Shown: one piece after another, positions 9,646 through 18,526 of the stretch
Numbering within the stretch: the first letter of the stretch is position 1
How the letters are laid out: each line of letters starts with the position of its first letter
Assembly: GCA_035759115.1 (NCBI GenBank)
Contig: DASTVL010000067.1
Span: 1-43,965, forward strand
Length of the DNA: 43,965 bases
Source of the DNA: Solirubrobacterales bacterium
GTDB taxonomy: Bacteria > Actinomycetota > Thermoleophilia > Solirubrobacterales > 70-9
Direction: 5' to 3'
Notes under the pieces: generated by a model
Database searches by the model: none
Told to the model about the DNA's origin: nothing
The model's input: only the letters and a program-made list of their open reading frames with translations
Translations under genes and position numbers: made by a program

Positions 9646-10971
9646 TCAAAGCTCCCTGCGGATGAATTTGGTCGCCCCCTCGGCGACTCTCATCCGCAGC
9701 GGACGCCGGCTCCAGCGGTCCGGCCCGATCGCCTCGCAGCGCTCGAGGTCGGCCTCGAAGGACTGCCGCAGCCTGCTGTTGAAGCGCTCGCTCCAGACGC
9801 CGAGGGTGACCTCGTCGTGCAGCTGGAAGGAGCGGTTGTCGAAGTTCATCGTGCCGACCATCGCCCAGCGCTCGTCGACCGCGAGCGACTTGGCGTGCAG
9901 CATCGTCGGCATGAACTCGTAGATCCGCACGCCGGCCTCGATCAGCTCGGCGTAGGCGGCGCGGCCCGCGGTGCGCACGAACCCCTTGTCGATGTGCGGG
10001 CCGGGGACGACGATCCGCACCTCGACGCCGCGTCCGGCCGCTTCGCAGAGCGCCTCGGTGAAGGCCGGGCGGGGCACGAAGTAGGCGGAGGTGAGGTCGA
10101 GGCTGCGGCGGGCCGAGGCGATCGCCAGGTAGTAGATCGCCTCGGTGTTGGTGTCGCCGACGCCGGCGTTGGAGCGGATCAGCTGCGCCGGATCGCCGTC
10201 GGGATCGGGCTCCAGCGCGGGCAGATAATCCTCGCCGGCGAGGACCTCGCCGGTCGCCTCCAGCCAGTGTTCGGCGAAGGCGCCCTGCATGTCGCGCAGC
10301 ACCGGTCCGCTGACCTTGAGGTGGCTGTCGCGCCATTCATCCGGCCCCTTCGCGTCGCCTTCCCACTCGCCGGCGATGCCGACGCCCCCGGTCATGCCGG
10401 TCCTGCCGTCGGCGATCAGCAGCCGCCGGTGGCTGCGGTTGGTCAGGCGGTGCAGCGCGTAGGGCCTGGGCGGCCGGAAGCGGCAGACGGTGGCGCCCGC
10501 CCGTTGCATGTCGTCGAGCAGGCTCGATTCCATCTGGGCGCCGCCGAGCGCGTCGACCAGCACCTTGCACTCGACCCCGGCGCGGGCCCGCTCGCAGACG
10601 GCCGCGGCGACTTCGCCGGCGACATCGCCCTTCCAGTAGATGTAGGTCTCGAGGCAGAGGGTGCGCTCGGCGCCGGCGATCGTCTCCAGCAGCGCCGGGA
10701 AGATGCGGTCTCCGTTGACCAGCAGCTCGACCTCGCAGCCGGCGGCGATCGGGTGCCCGGTCAGCGCCTCGGCGGCGCGCATGAAGTCGTCCGAGTCCGC
10801 CTCGATTCCCTCGATCACCTCGTAGCCGAAGGCGCCCTCGCGACGGTGGCGCAGGCTCTCGCTGGCGTACCAGCCGAGGCCGGCCACGAGGGCCGCGGCG
10901 GGGCCGACCCAGAAGCGCGGGTCGCGTCGCAGCGGCGGGCGCGGCTCGCCCCTGAGGACGGGACGCTTCAC
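9646..10971 (-). CDS. cls: Cardiolipin synthase / phospholipase D family, two HKD motifs
   Basis: Second motif HAKSLAVD...GTMNFDNRS is canonical. The first is SHRRLLIADG...GGVG. GTG start at 10971 overlaps the upstream stop (GTGA). The 689-aa track ORF is an over-extension into the upstream gene. Confidence 0.85.
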   Translation of the reverse strand: MKRPVLRGEPRPPLRRDPRFWVGPAAALVAGLGWYASESLRHRREGAFGYEVIEGIEADSDDFMRAAEALTGHPIAAGCEVELLVNGDRIFPALLETIAGAERTLCLETYIYWKGDVAGEVAAAVCERARAGVECKVLVDALGGAQMESSLLDDMQRAGATVCRFRPPRPYALHRLTNRSHRRLLIADGRTGMTGGVGIAGEWEGDAKGPDEWRDSHLKVSGPVLRDMQGAFAEHWLEATGEVLAGEDYLPALEPDPDGDPAQLIRSNAGVGDTNTEAIYYLAIASARRSLDLTSAYFVPRPAFTEALCEAAGRGVEVRIVVPGPHIDKGFVRTAGRAAYAELIEAGVRIYEFMPTMLHAKSLAVDERWAMVGTMNFDNRSFQLHDEVTLGVWSERFNSRLRQSFEADLERCEAIGPDRWSRRPLRMRVAEGATKFIRREL

Positions 10972-11804
10972 CCGACCACCAGCTCGAAGGCGCCGGGCTC
11001 GATCGTCACCGTGACCGGGCCGGACTCGACCAGCTCGCCGTCGACGTTGAGCTCGGCGCCCGGCGGCAGCTCTAGCTCGACCGAGCGGCAGAGGGCCGCG
11101 GCGACGCCGCTCTGCTCGCCGATGTCCCCCCGGCGCAGGCCACGCGCCCGGCGCAGCAGGCCGAGCCGCGATCCGGCCGGAACGGCGACCGCGCGCAGCA
11201 CACCGTCCCCCGGTGAGCCGCCGATCGACGAGCCGGCGCCGAAGGCGCCCGAGCAGCCGACGATCGCCTGCCAGGCCTCGCCGGCGAAGAGCGGCTCGCC
11301 GTCGAAGGCCAGCGCGCATTTCACCGGGCGCGAGCGGACCGCGGCGGCGACCGCGCCGAGCAGGTAGGCGAGCGGCCCGAGCGCGCCCTTGAGGCCGGAG
11401 GCCTTCTTCGCCGCCTGCGGCGCGAGGCCGGCGCCGGCGACGTTGACGAACGGCCGCTCGCCCAGGTGGGCGACGTCGATGGCGCGGCGGCGCTCGCCGT
11501 GGACGGCGAGCCGGCAGGCCTCGGCCAGGTCCTCGGGCAGGCCGGCGGCGGCGGCGAAGTCGTTGGCGGTGCCGATCGGGATCACGGCCACCGGCATACC
11601 CGCTCGGCCCGCCGCCGAAGCGGCGGGCGCGATCGAGCCGTCGCCGCCGGCGATCGCGAGCCGCTCGGCGCCGCTGCGCGCCGCCTGCTCCGCCTGGTCC
11701 GGCGCGAACTCGCACACGCGCGCCCCGTCCTTGCGCAGCAACCGTGCGACACGGCCTGCGGCACCGTCGCCGGAATCCGGGTTGGCAAGCAGAGCGATAA
11801 TCAT
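10968..11804 (-). CDS. Diacylglycerol/lipid kinase (YegS/BmrU-like)
   Basis: MIIALLANPDSGDG, IAGGDGSI, IPIGTANDFA. Start chosen at ATG 11804. The rest of the 457-aa track ORF is antisense to the neighbouring gene. Confidence 0.75.
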   Translation of the reverse strand: MIIALLANPDSGDGAAGRVARLLRKDGARVCEFAPDQAEQAARSGAERLAIAGGDGSIAPAASAAGRAGMPVAVIPIGTANDFAAAAGLPEDLAEACRLAVHGERRRAIDVAHLGERPFVNVAGAGLAPQAAKKASGLKGALGPLAYLLGAVAAAVRSRPVKCALAFDGEPLFAGEAWQAIVGCSGAFGAGSSIGGSPGDGVLRAVAVPAGSRLGLLRRARGLRRGDIGEQSGVAAALCRSVELELPPGAELNVDGELVESGPVTVTIEPGAFELVVG

Positions 11805-11813
11805 CCCGTGGCG

Positions 11814-12797
11814 ATGAGTACCCAGAAAGCGAGATTTGTCCCCGGCTACGAGCACGTCCCCGGCCACCACTGCGGCTCGACCGCGCTGCGCAACCTGCTC
11901 GCCTTCCACGGCACCGAGATCAGCGAGGAGATGGCCTTCGGCCTGGGTGCGGGCGCCTGCTTCTACTACGTGACGATCGAGGACTCGTCGCCGACCCGCT
12001 GGTTCAACGGCCGCACCGCCAGGCTCGAGGAGAACTTCGACCGGCTGACCGGGGCGGCGCTGGAGTTGCGCACCTTCGAGCCCGGCGACGACGGCGCCTG
12101 GAGCGCCGCCCGCGCCGAGGTCGACGCCGGCCGGCCGGTGCTGCTGCTCACCGACCTCTATTACCTCGACCACTACGGCAACTCGGCTCACTTCCCCGGC
12201 CACGCCGTCGTCCTCGCCGGCTACGACGAGGAGCTGGCGCACCTCTCCGACACCGGCTTCGAGCAGCTGCAGACGACGCGGCTGGAGAACCTCGACCGCG
12301 CCCGCCACAGCGACCACCCGACCTACCCGCTCGCGGGGCACATGTTCACGGCGAGCGCCGAGGTCTCCGCCGAGCGCCTGCGCGAAGCCGTTCCGGCGGC
12401 GATCGAGGCGGCCGCGGGGGCGATGCTCGAGCCCGAGTTCCCCGGCTTCTCGGGCCTCGACGCCGTGCGACGGCTCGCGGACGAGGCCGGCTCGTGGCCC
12501 GAGGTCGCCGCCGACTGGCAGTGGTGCGCGCGCTTCGGCTACCAGGTGATCGAGCGCCGCGGCACCGGCGGCGGGGCGTTCCGGGCCATTTATGCGCGGT
12601 TCCTCGAGCAGGCGGGCCGGGCCGAGGCGCCGCTCGCGGCCGAGGCCGCGGTCGCCTGGACCGCGCTGGCGGAGGCGTTCCGCGCCGCGAGCGAGCGTGA
12701 CGACCCCGATCCCGGCCTCTGGGGCGAGATCGACAGCGCGGCCAACGCCGTAGCCACGGCCGAGGAGCGCCTCTGGAACGAGTTGGCCATTCCGTAG
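11814..12797 (+). CDS. BtrH_N / DUF4872-like (C39-peptidase-like) protein
   Basis: N-terminus VPGYEHVPGHHCGSTALRNLLAFHGTEISEEMAFGLGAG is typical of BtrH N-terminal domain proteins as I remember them. ATG at 11814. Confidence 0.6.
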   Translation: MSTQKARFVPGYEHVPGHHCGSTALRNLLAFHGTEISEEMAFGLGAGACFYYVTIEDSSPTRWFNGRTARLEENFDRLTGAALELRTFEPGDDGAWSAARAEVDAGRPVLLLTDLYYLDHYGNSAHFPGHAVVLAGYDEELAHLSDTGFEQLQTTRLENLDRARHSDHPTYPLAGHMFTASAEVSAERLREAVPAAIEAAAGAMLEPEFPGFSGLDAVRRLADEAGSWPEVAADWQWCARFGYQVIERRGTGGGAFRAIYARFLEQAGRAEAPLAAEAAVAWTALAEAFRAASERDDPDPGLWGEIDSAANAVATAEERLWNELAIP

Positions 12798-12896
12798 TTA
12801 TCCCCGATGGAGCGGGTGGCGCCCATGGTGTACCGTTTTCAACTGCGGGAGGCGGGTAGTTGCTTTTTTGAAACCCGTCTTTGGAGGAGAATTCAT

Positions 12897-15743
12897 ATGG
12901 GAAGCAAGCGTGGTCCGGTAGGACTGCTCGTTCTCACCGCCGCATTCCTCGTTTTTGCGTTTGGAGCTTCGCCTGCAAAGGCAGCTTTTGGCATCGCGGA
13001 GTGGGAAGCGTTGACGTGCAAAGAAAACACCGACACGCCCGCGCTCGGAGGAACGCTCGTCGGCGCCTTTCCGCTGGCACCGCCGGCAGGGCAATGCACC
13101 GACGAAACCCCGGAAAAATTCTTCACCCAGGCGACCGGACATCCCACGTACGGGATCACCGACTTCACCCTGAACACGCTTCCGGCAGGCACCGGTGGGG
13201 GCTTTCCGGAAGGCTTCGTGAAAGACATCGTCGTCGACACCCCGGAAGGACTGGGAGTCAACCCTGAGGCGACGCTGAAAAAGTGCACGGTGGCGCAGTT
13301 GAGTGCGGACCCGCCGGAATGTCCGCCCGAATCGATCGTCGGCACCAACTACTTCACCGTCTCGGCAAGCCCGCTGGGCCCTGCCTGTGAACCGCCAGCC
13401 GGATGCCTCCAAGCGCGTGCAGCCGTCCCGGTCTACAACCTGGTCCCATTCGACGGTGTCCCATCGATGGTCGGCTTCCCGACCAGCGCGCCGGGTGAAC
13501 CGACGCTCATCGTCGGCGATCTCGATCCCAAAGATCAGCACGTCAGGTTCAACATCAACGACATCCATGCGCCCGACGGGACGGCCGAACACCCGCCGAT
13601 CGTCGGTTCGCGTCTCGTCTTCGTAGGGTCCAAAGCGGCGCCGTCGCTAGCCACCAACGGCACCTACCTGACGATGCCGAGCAACTGCGCCGGAGGGCAG
13701 ACGAGCACGCTCCACGTGACCTCGCACACCGGAGCCGAAGACTTCGCCAGTTATACGACCTCGGTCGGCGCCGACGAATGCGAGTCGGCGCCGTTCAACG
13801 TGCAGCTCGGCGCGAGCTCAAGCGGCTCGACCGACTCGCCCGAACCGTCGACGGTCGACGTGAAAATGCCCGATCAGCTTGCGCCGGAAACCCGCGCCAA
13901 CTCGCACCTGCTCACGGCGAAGGTAACCCTGCCGGAGGGCGCCGGGCTCAACCCCTCGGTCGCCAACGGGCTCAACGCCTGCACCGACGCGCAGTTCAAG
14001 AAAGGCACCGACGACCCGATCGAGTGTCCCGCTGCGTCGCGGATCGGCTCGATCGAAGTCGAGACGCCAGCCCTCGACCAGGACCTCGGCGGCGACGTCT
14101 ACGTCGGGCAGCCACTCAACAACGATCCCAGCTCGGGCGACCAGTTCCGGGTCTTCCTGCACGCATTCAACGACCGCTACGGCGTCAACGTGCGGCTGAT
14201 CGGCAATGTGTTCCCGAATCTCGACACCGGCCAGCTGACGGTCGTCGTGCCGAACAACCCACAGGCCCCGTTCAGCTCGTTCAAGGTCAACGTCGATGGC
14301 GGGCCAACCGGCGCGCTGACGACGCCGGACACCTGCGGGCCGCACACCACGACGGCGCAGTTCACCCCGTGGTCGCGTCCGGGCGAACAGGTGCCACCGC
14401 AAAGCGGTAACCCGCAGTTCAGCCTGACCACCCTGCCGACCGGCGGGCCATGTCCGGCGACTCTCGCGGACCGGCCGTTCGAGCCGTACTTTGCATCCGC
14501 GCCGACGCTGTACAAAGCCGGTGAGTTCACCGAGTTCCGGTTGGACGTGGTTCGCCAGAACGGCAACCAGGAGGTCAAACGGGTCGACGTGAAACTGCCG
14601 CCGGGAATGGTCGCCAAGCTGCGCGGTCTCGAGTACTGCTCGCAGGCCGACATCAACGCAGCGGGGCTGCGCTCCGGCGCCAGCGTGATCGCCGAGCCGG
14701 CCTGCCCGGACAGCAGCTTCGTCGGCACGGCGGAGATCTCAGTCGGCTCGGGTCAGGCGTTCCACACCGAGGGCAAGGCCTACCTCTCGGGCCCCTACAA
14801 GGGCGCTCCGGTGAGCCTGGTGTTCGTCACGCCGGCGGTCGCCGGGCCGTATGACCTCGGCAACGTTGTCGTCCGCACCGCGCTCAACGTCGATCCGGAA
14901 ACCGCCGAGGTCCACGCGGTCTCCGACCCGATCCCGAACGTGTTCGGGGGTGTGAAGCTCGACATCCGGCAGATCCGGCTGTACGTCACCCGGCCGAACT
15001 TCACGACCAATCCGACCACGTGCCGTGAACCGCTGCCGATCAGGACGAGCGTCTTCGGCGGTGGCGGCAACCCGGCCGATCCGAATGCCTGGCAGGAGGC
15101 GTCCAACACCGACCGTCTCCAGTTCGGCGCCTGCCGCAAACTCGGCTTCAAGCCGAAGTTCTACGCCCGGATATTCGGCGGCAAGAACCAGACCAAGCGA
15201 GGCCAGAACCCGAAGTTCCGGGCGATCCTCAAGGCCCGCAAGGGCGACGCCAACCTGCGACGGGCGGCGTTCATCCTGCCGCGGGCGACGATCCTCGATC
15301 AGAGTCACATCAAGACGATCTGCACGAGGGTCCAGCTGGCCGCGAACAACTGCCCGAAGAACTCGATCTACGGCAACGCGAGGGCGACCTCGCCGCTGCT
15401 CGACGGCGTGCTCAAGGGCCCGGTCTACCTGACCTCGTCCAGCAACGAACTGCCTGACCTGCTGGTCGACCTCAAGGGCCAGGTGCCGATCCGGCTGCGC
15501 GGCGTGATCAGCTCCAAAAACGCCCGTCTCAAGACGGTGTTCAACGGCACGCCCGACGTCGCCGTGAACAAGTTCATCCTGACGATGAAGGGCGGCAACA
15601 GGGGCCTGCTGATCAACTCGCGCAACCTCTGCGCGAGCCGGACCAGCGGCTTCCTCAACCTGCTGGCGCAGAACAGCCGGCGGGAAAGGAACAAGAACCT
15701 GCGGCTCAACATCCCCGCCTGCCGCGGCGGCAAGCAGAACTAG
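12897..15743 (+). CDS. Large secreted Cys-containing protein of unknown function (948 aa)
   Basis: ATG 12897 preceded by GGAGGAG. Signal peptide LLVLTAAFLVFAFGASPAKA. The long ORF has coding-like composition and lower GC than its neighbours. I recognise no domain. Confidence 0.75.
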   Translation: MGSKRGPVGLLVLTAAFLVFAFGASPAKAAFGIAEWEALTCKENTDTPALGGTLVGAFPLAPPAGQCTDETPEKFFTQATGHPTYGITDFTLNTLPAGTGGGFPEGFVKDIVVDTPEGLGVNPEATLKKCTVAQLSADPPECPPESIVGTNYFTVSASPLGPACEPPAGCLQARAAVPVYNLVPFDGVPSMVGFPTSAPGEPTLIVGDLDPKDQHVRFNINDIHAPDGTAEHPPIVGSRLVFVGSKAAPSLATNGTYLTMPSNCAGGQTSTLHVTSHTGAEDFASYTTSVGADECESAPFNVQLGASSSGSTDSPEPSTVDVKMPDQLAPETRANSHLLTAKVTLPEGAGLNPSVANGLNACTDAQFKKGTDDPIECPAASRIGSIEVETPALDQDLGGDVYVGQPLNNDPSSGDQFRVFLHAFNDRYGVNVRLIGNVFPNLDTGQLTVVVPNNPQAPFSSFKVNVDGGPTGALTTPDTCGPHTTTAQFTPWSRPGEQVPPQSGNPQFSLTTLPTGGPCPATLADRPFEPYFASAPTLYKAGEFTEFRLDVVRQNGNQEVKRVDVKLPPGMVAKLRGLEYCSQADINAAGLRSGASVIAEPACPDSSFVGTAEISVGSGQAFHTEGKAYLSGPYKGAPVSLVFVTPAVAGPYDLGNVVVRTALNVDPETAEVHAVSDPIPNVFGGVKLDIRQIRLYVTRPNFTTNPTTCREPLPIRTSVFGGGGNPADPNAWQEASNTDRLQFGACRKLGFKPKFYARIFGGKNQTKRGQNPKFRAILKARKGDANLRRAAFILPRATILDQSHIKTICTRVQLAANNCPKNSIYGNARATSPLLDGVLKGPVYLTSSSNELPDLLVDLKGQVPIRLRGVISSKNARLKTVFNGTPDVAVNKFILTMKGGNRGLLINSRNLCASRTSGFLNLLAQNSRRERNKNLRLNIPACRGGKQN

Positions 15744-15865
15744 GCAGAGCGAGCGACAAGCGCCGGGACGGGACCTCCCACCCGCCCCGGCGCAGTCGTC
15801 CTTGATGCTCGTGGCGATGGAAGGGAGGGCTTCCCTAACGCGACGGCACCCGCTACGGTTTCGAC

Positions 15866-16096
15866 ATGGTGGCATCGGTCGACTTCACGATCTCCTTCGA
15901 CAGCCCCGACGAGGAGGGCTGGATCGTCGCGCGCATTCTGGAGGTTCCGGGTGCGATGAGCCAAGGCCGCAGCCGTGAGGAGGCCAGGGAGAACGTCCTC
16001 GACGCGCTGCGCACGGTCCTGACTCCCGACGAGGAGCTGGCCGGCGAGGCGCCGGCGGCAGGTCGCGAGCATCTGCGGTTTACTGCCGCGGCGTGA
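15866..16096 (+). CDS. hicB: HicB-family antitoxin (UPF0150-like)
   Basis: 76 aa. The FDSPDEEGWIVARILEVPGAMSQGRSREEARENVLDAL pattern is typical of HicB N-domains. It overlaps hicA by GTGA. Confidence 0.7.
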   Translation: MVASVDFTISFDSPDEEGWIVARILEVPGAMSQGRSREEARENVLDALRTVLTPDEELAGEAPAAGREHLRFTAAA

Positions 16097-16284
16097 AGCG
16101 CAGGGACCTCGAACGACACTTGCGAGACAACGGCTGCCGCGAGGTCGGTGGCTCAAAGCATGCCAAGTGGCGTGGCCCGCAAAACCAGGTCTCGGCGCTG
16201 CCGCGCCACAAGGAGATCGGGTCGGGCCTCGTCCGCGCGATCTGTCACCAGCTCGAAGTCCCGGCCCCTTCCAATACCAGCTGA
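16093..16284 (+). CDS. hicA: HicA-family mRNA interferase toxin
   Basis: 63 aa, MKRRDLERHLRDNGCREVGGSKHAKW...LPRHKEIGSGLVRAICHQLEV (YcfA/HicA pattern). Confidence 0.7.
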   Translation: MKRRDLERHLRDNGCREVGGSKHAKWRGPQNQVSALPRHKEIGSGLVRAICHQLEVPAPSNTS

Positions 16285-16421
16285 CTCCCACCCGGGCGCG
16301 TCAAAATAGGTACTGGCGACCCCAAAATACCTATTTCAGCGCCGTCGTACCCATTTCGAGCATTCGCTTGAATCGACGATGCGATACCTATCCAGCCAGG
16401 AGAAAGGCCATCTCATCGGCT

Positions 16422-17045
16422 CTATCTGATCGGCTTTTCCCTTGAAAGTCGCGCGAAGTAGGCGAGGCGGTTGCCGGAGTGGCTCTCGTAGTCGAGGCCG
16501 GCCTCGGCCGCCTGACGCCTGAGGCTGCCGAGCCCGGTGAAGTGGGGGTCGCCGAAGAGCTCGCCGACGACGAGACGGCCGTCTGACTTCAGCACCCGGC
16601 GGATCTCGCGCAGGGCGGCGCCGGGGTCGGGGATCTCGCCGAGCACGGCAGTGAGCACGACGGCGTCGATCGATTCGTCCGGGTAGGGCAGGGCGGTGGC
16701 GTCGCCCCGGGTCGGGACGACGTTCTCCAGGCCGCGCTCGGCTGCGCGCCGGCCGACGTGGTCGAGGAACTCCTGCTGCAGATCGAAGATCTCGATCCGG
16801 CCGTCCGGCCCGACCCACTCGGCGAGATCGAGCGTGTAATAGCCGGTGCCGGGGCCGATCTCCAGCACCCGCTCGCCCGGTTGCGGCGCCAGCACCGTCC
16901 GCAACCGCTCGCACGTGATCACCGGGTGCGGCGCTTCGACCCAGAAGCGCTGCCCGTAGGGGCAGGCCGAGGGGTTCTTGCGCCACCACAGCGCTGCGGC
17001 TAGGACCGCCGTGCCGACAAACCCGAATGCGGCCTTGGCCCGCAT
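16422..17045 (-). CDS. Class I SAM-dependent methyltransferase with N-terminal membrane anchor
   Basis: VLEIGPGTGYYT (motif I), DAVVLTAVLGEIPD, LKSDGRLVV. Confidence 0.8.
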   Translation of the reverse strand: MRAKAAFGFVGTAVLAAALWWRKNPSACPYGQRFWVEAPHPVITCERLRTVLAPQPGERVLEIGPGTGYYTLDLAEWVGPDGRIEIFDLQQEFLDHVGRRAAERGLENVVPTRGDATALPYPDESIDAVVLTAVLGEIPDPGAALREIRRVLKSDGRLVVGELFGDPHFTGLGSLRRQAAEAGLDYESHSGNRLAYFARLSREKPIR

Positions 17046-17053
17046 CGACGGCC

Positions 17054-17263
17054 CTAAAAACCGACTTTTTGCGCGCCGGAGTCGATCCGCAGGAAGGCGA
17101 CCTTGCCGGCGTAGACCGAGAGCGTGCCGTCCTCGGTGTCGACGTCGTGCCAGCCGCCCTTCTCGACCTGCTTGCGCAGGTCCTTGAGCTCGTCGGCGGT
17201 CAGCCGCACGGGCACGACCTGGCCCCCCTCGAAGCCGATCTCGACCTTCTGCGTCTCCGCCAT
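17054..17263 (-). CDS. DUF3107-like small protein
   Basis: 69 aa. The VEIGF...LTADELKDL...AFLRIDSG...VGF pattern is typical of the actinobacterial DUF3107 family. Confidence 0.6.
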   Translation of the reverse strand: MAETQKVEIGFEGGQVVPVRLTADELKDLRKQVEKGGWHDVDTEDGTLSVYAGKVAFLRIDSGAQKVGF

Positions 17264-17682
17264 CAGTGCTCCTCTCCCTCGGAACTCGGTTCGACGATCT
17301 CGGTCAGCACGCCGCCGGTCGAGCGCGGATGCAGGAAGGCGACGCGGCTCTCGCGGATGCCGACGCGGGCTTCGCTGTCGATCAGCTCGAGGCCGGCGGC
17401 GGCGAGCTGCTCCAGCGTCACGTCGATGTCGTCGACCGCGTAGGCGACGTGGTGCAAGCCGGGGCCCTTGCGGTCGAGGAATTTGCCGACCGCGGTCTCA
17501 GAGCCGAGCGGGCTGAGCAGCTCGACGTGGCCGTCGCCGACGTCGAGCAGCACCGCCTCGACTCCCTGTGAGGAGACCGTCTCGCGATGCGCGAGGGTCA
17601 TCGCAAAGCTCTTCTCGTAGAGCTCGATCGCCACGTCGAGATCCGCGACGGCGACTCCGATGTGATCGATCCGGCCGAACAT
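17263..17682 (-). CDS. mce: Methylmalonyl-CoA epimerase (VOC family)
   Basis: IDHIGVAVADLD...HVELL.PLG..T.VGKFL...GPGLHHVAY.VDDI pattern. Confidence 0.85.
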   Translation of the reverse strand: MFGRIDHIGVAVADLDVAIELYEKSFAMTLAHRETVSSQGVEAVLLDVGDGHVELLSPLGSETAVGKFLDRKGPGLHHVAYAVDDIDVTLEQLAAAGLELIDSEARVGIRESRVAFLHPRSTGGVLTEIVEPSSEGEEH

Positions 17683-17694
17683 CGGCGCCGCAGT

Positions 17695-18492
17695 CTATGC
17701 CTCCTCGACCCGCAGGATCTCGGCCAGGGCCGCGATCCCCACCTGCAGCTGCTCGGGGGTCGGCTCCTTCGTCGCCAGACGACGCTGGATCTCGCGGCCG
17801 GGCGTGTGGAAGGCCTCGGCCAAGGGGGCGCCGTGGTTGCGGTCGCTCCAGGCGAACATCTCGACCGCGAGCGAGGCGCCGCCGAAGCCGACGGTGGCGC
17901 GGGCCAGCGGGCTCGGCCGCTCGACCAGACGCTCGAGCAGCAGCGTGCCGCCGGCGGAGAGCAGCATCATCGGCGCGATCAGGTTGGAGCCGCAGCGGTC
18001 GTGCTCCTTGGGCACCGAGGCGGGGTCCTCGACGCCCTGCTCGTAGGCGGCGATCGCCTTGTGCTCGACCCCGTGGTAGGCGGCGAGGTCGCGATCGCCG
18101 AGGGCGACCACGGCGGGCATCGCGCCAAGCGCCTGCACGACGCCCTCGCGCACGGCCGAGCTGCGCAGCCGCCGGCGCAGCGCCGCGGTCAGCGCGAGCG
18201 TGGCGCCGGTCGCGCCGATCACGCGCCAGTCCTCGAACGGCAGCCGCGCCGCCGGCAGGCGCCGGCGCACGAGCGGCAGCACCGCGAGCGCCTCGACCAG
18301 TTTGAGTGGCCCGCGCAGCCCCGGCACCCGGCCCGCGAGCTGCGGCGCCAGCTCCGGTTTGCGCTGCGAGGCGACCTGGACCTGACCGTCGCGGTCGCGC
18401 ACCGCCGCCGCCCAGTGGGTCGGCCCGTGGATCAGCAGGCCGTTGCGCAAGGCCATCCCACCCAATCGCAGCTTCTCCGAGCTCATTAACAC
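17695..18492 (-). CDS. DUF1385 domain protein
   Basis: GGMALRNGLLIHGP and YHGVEHKAI motifs. Confidence 0.75.
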   Translation of the reverse strand: MLMSSEKLRLGGMALRNGLLIHGPTHWAAAVRDRDGQVQVASQRKPELAPQLAGRVPGLRGPLKLVEALAVLPLVRRRLPAARLPFEDWRVIGATGATLALTAALRRRLRSSAVREGVVQALGAMPAVVALGDRDLAAYHGVEHKAIAAYEQGVEDPASVPKEHDRCGSNLIAPMMLLSAGGTLLLERLVERPSPLARATVGFGGASLAVEMFAWSDRNHGAPLAEAFHTPGREIQRRLATKEPTPEQLQVGIAALAEILRVEEA

Positions 18493-18526
18493 CAGACCTT
18501 AGAGAGCCGCCTACAGTGGCCGCGGC

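Noticed and set aside
9646-12341. 689-aa and 457-aa minus-strand track ORFs taken at full length
   Set aside because: Their N-terminal halves are Arg/Gly/Ala-rich read-through of neighbouring genes. The recognisable domains begin at GTG 10971 (cls) and ATG 11804 (lipid kinase), so both were trimmed.
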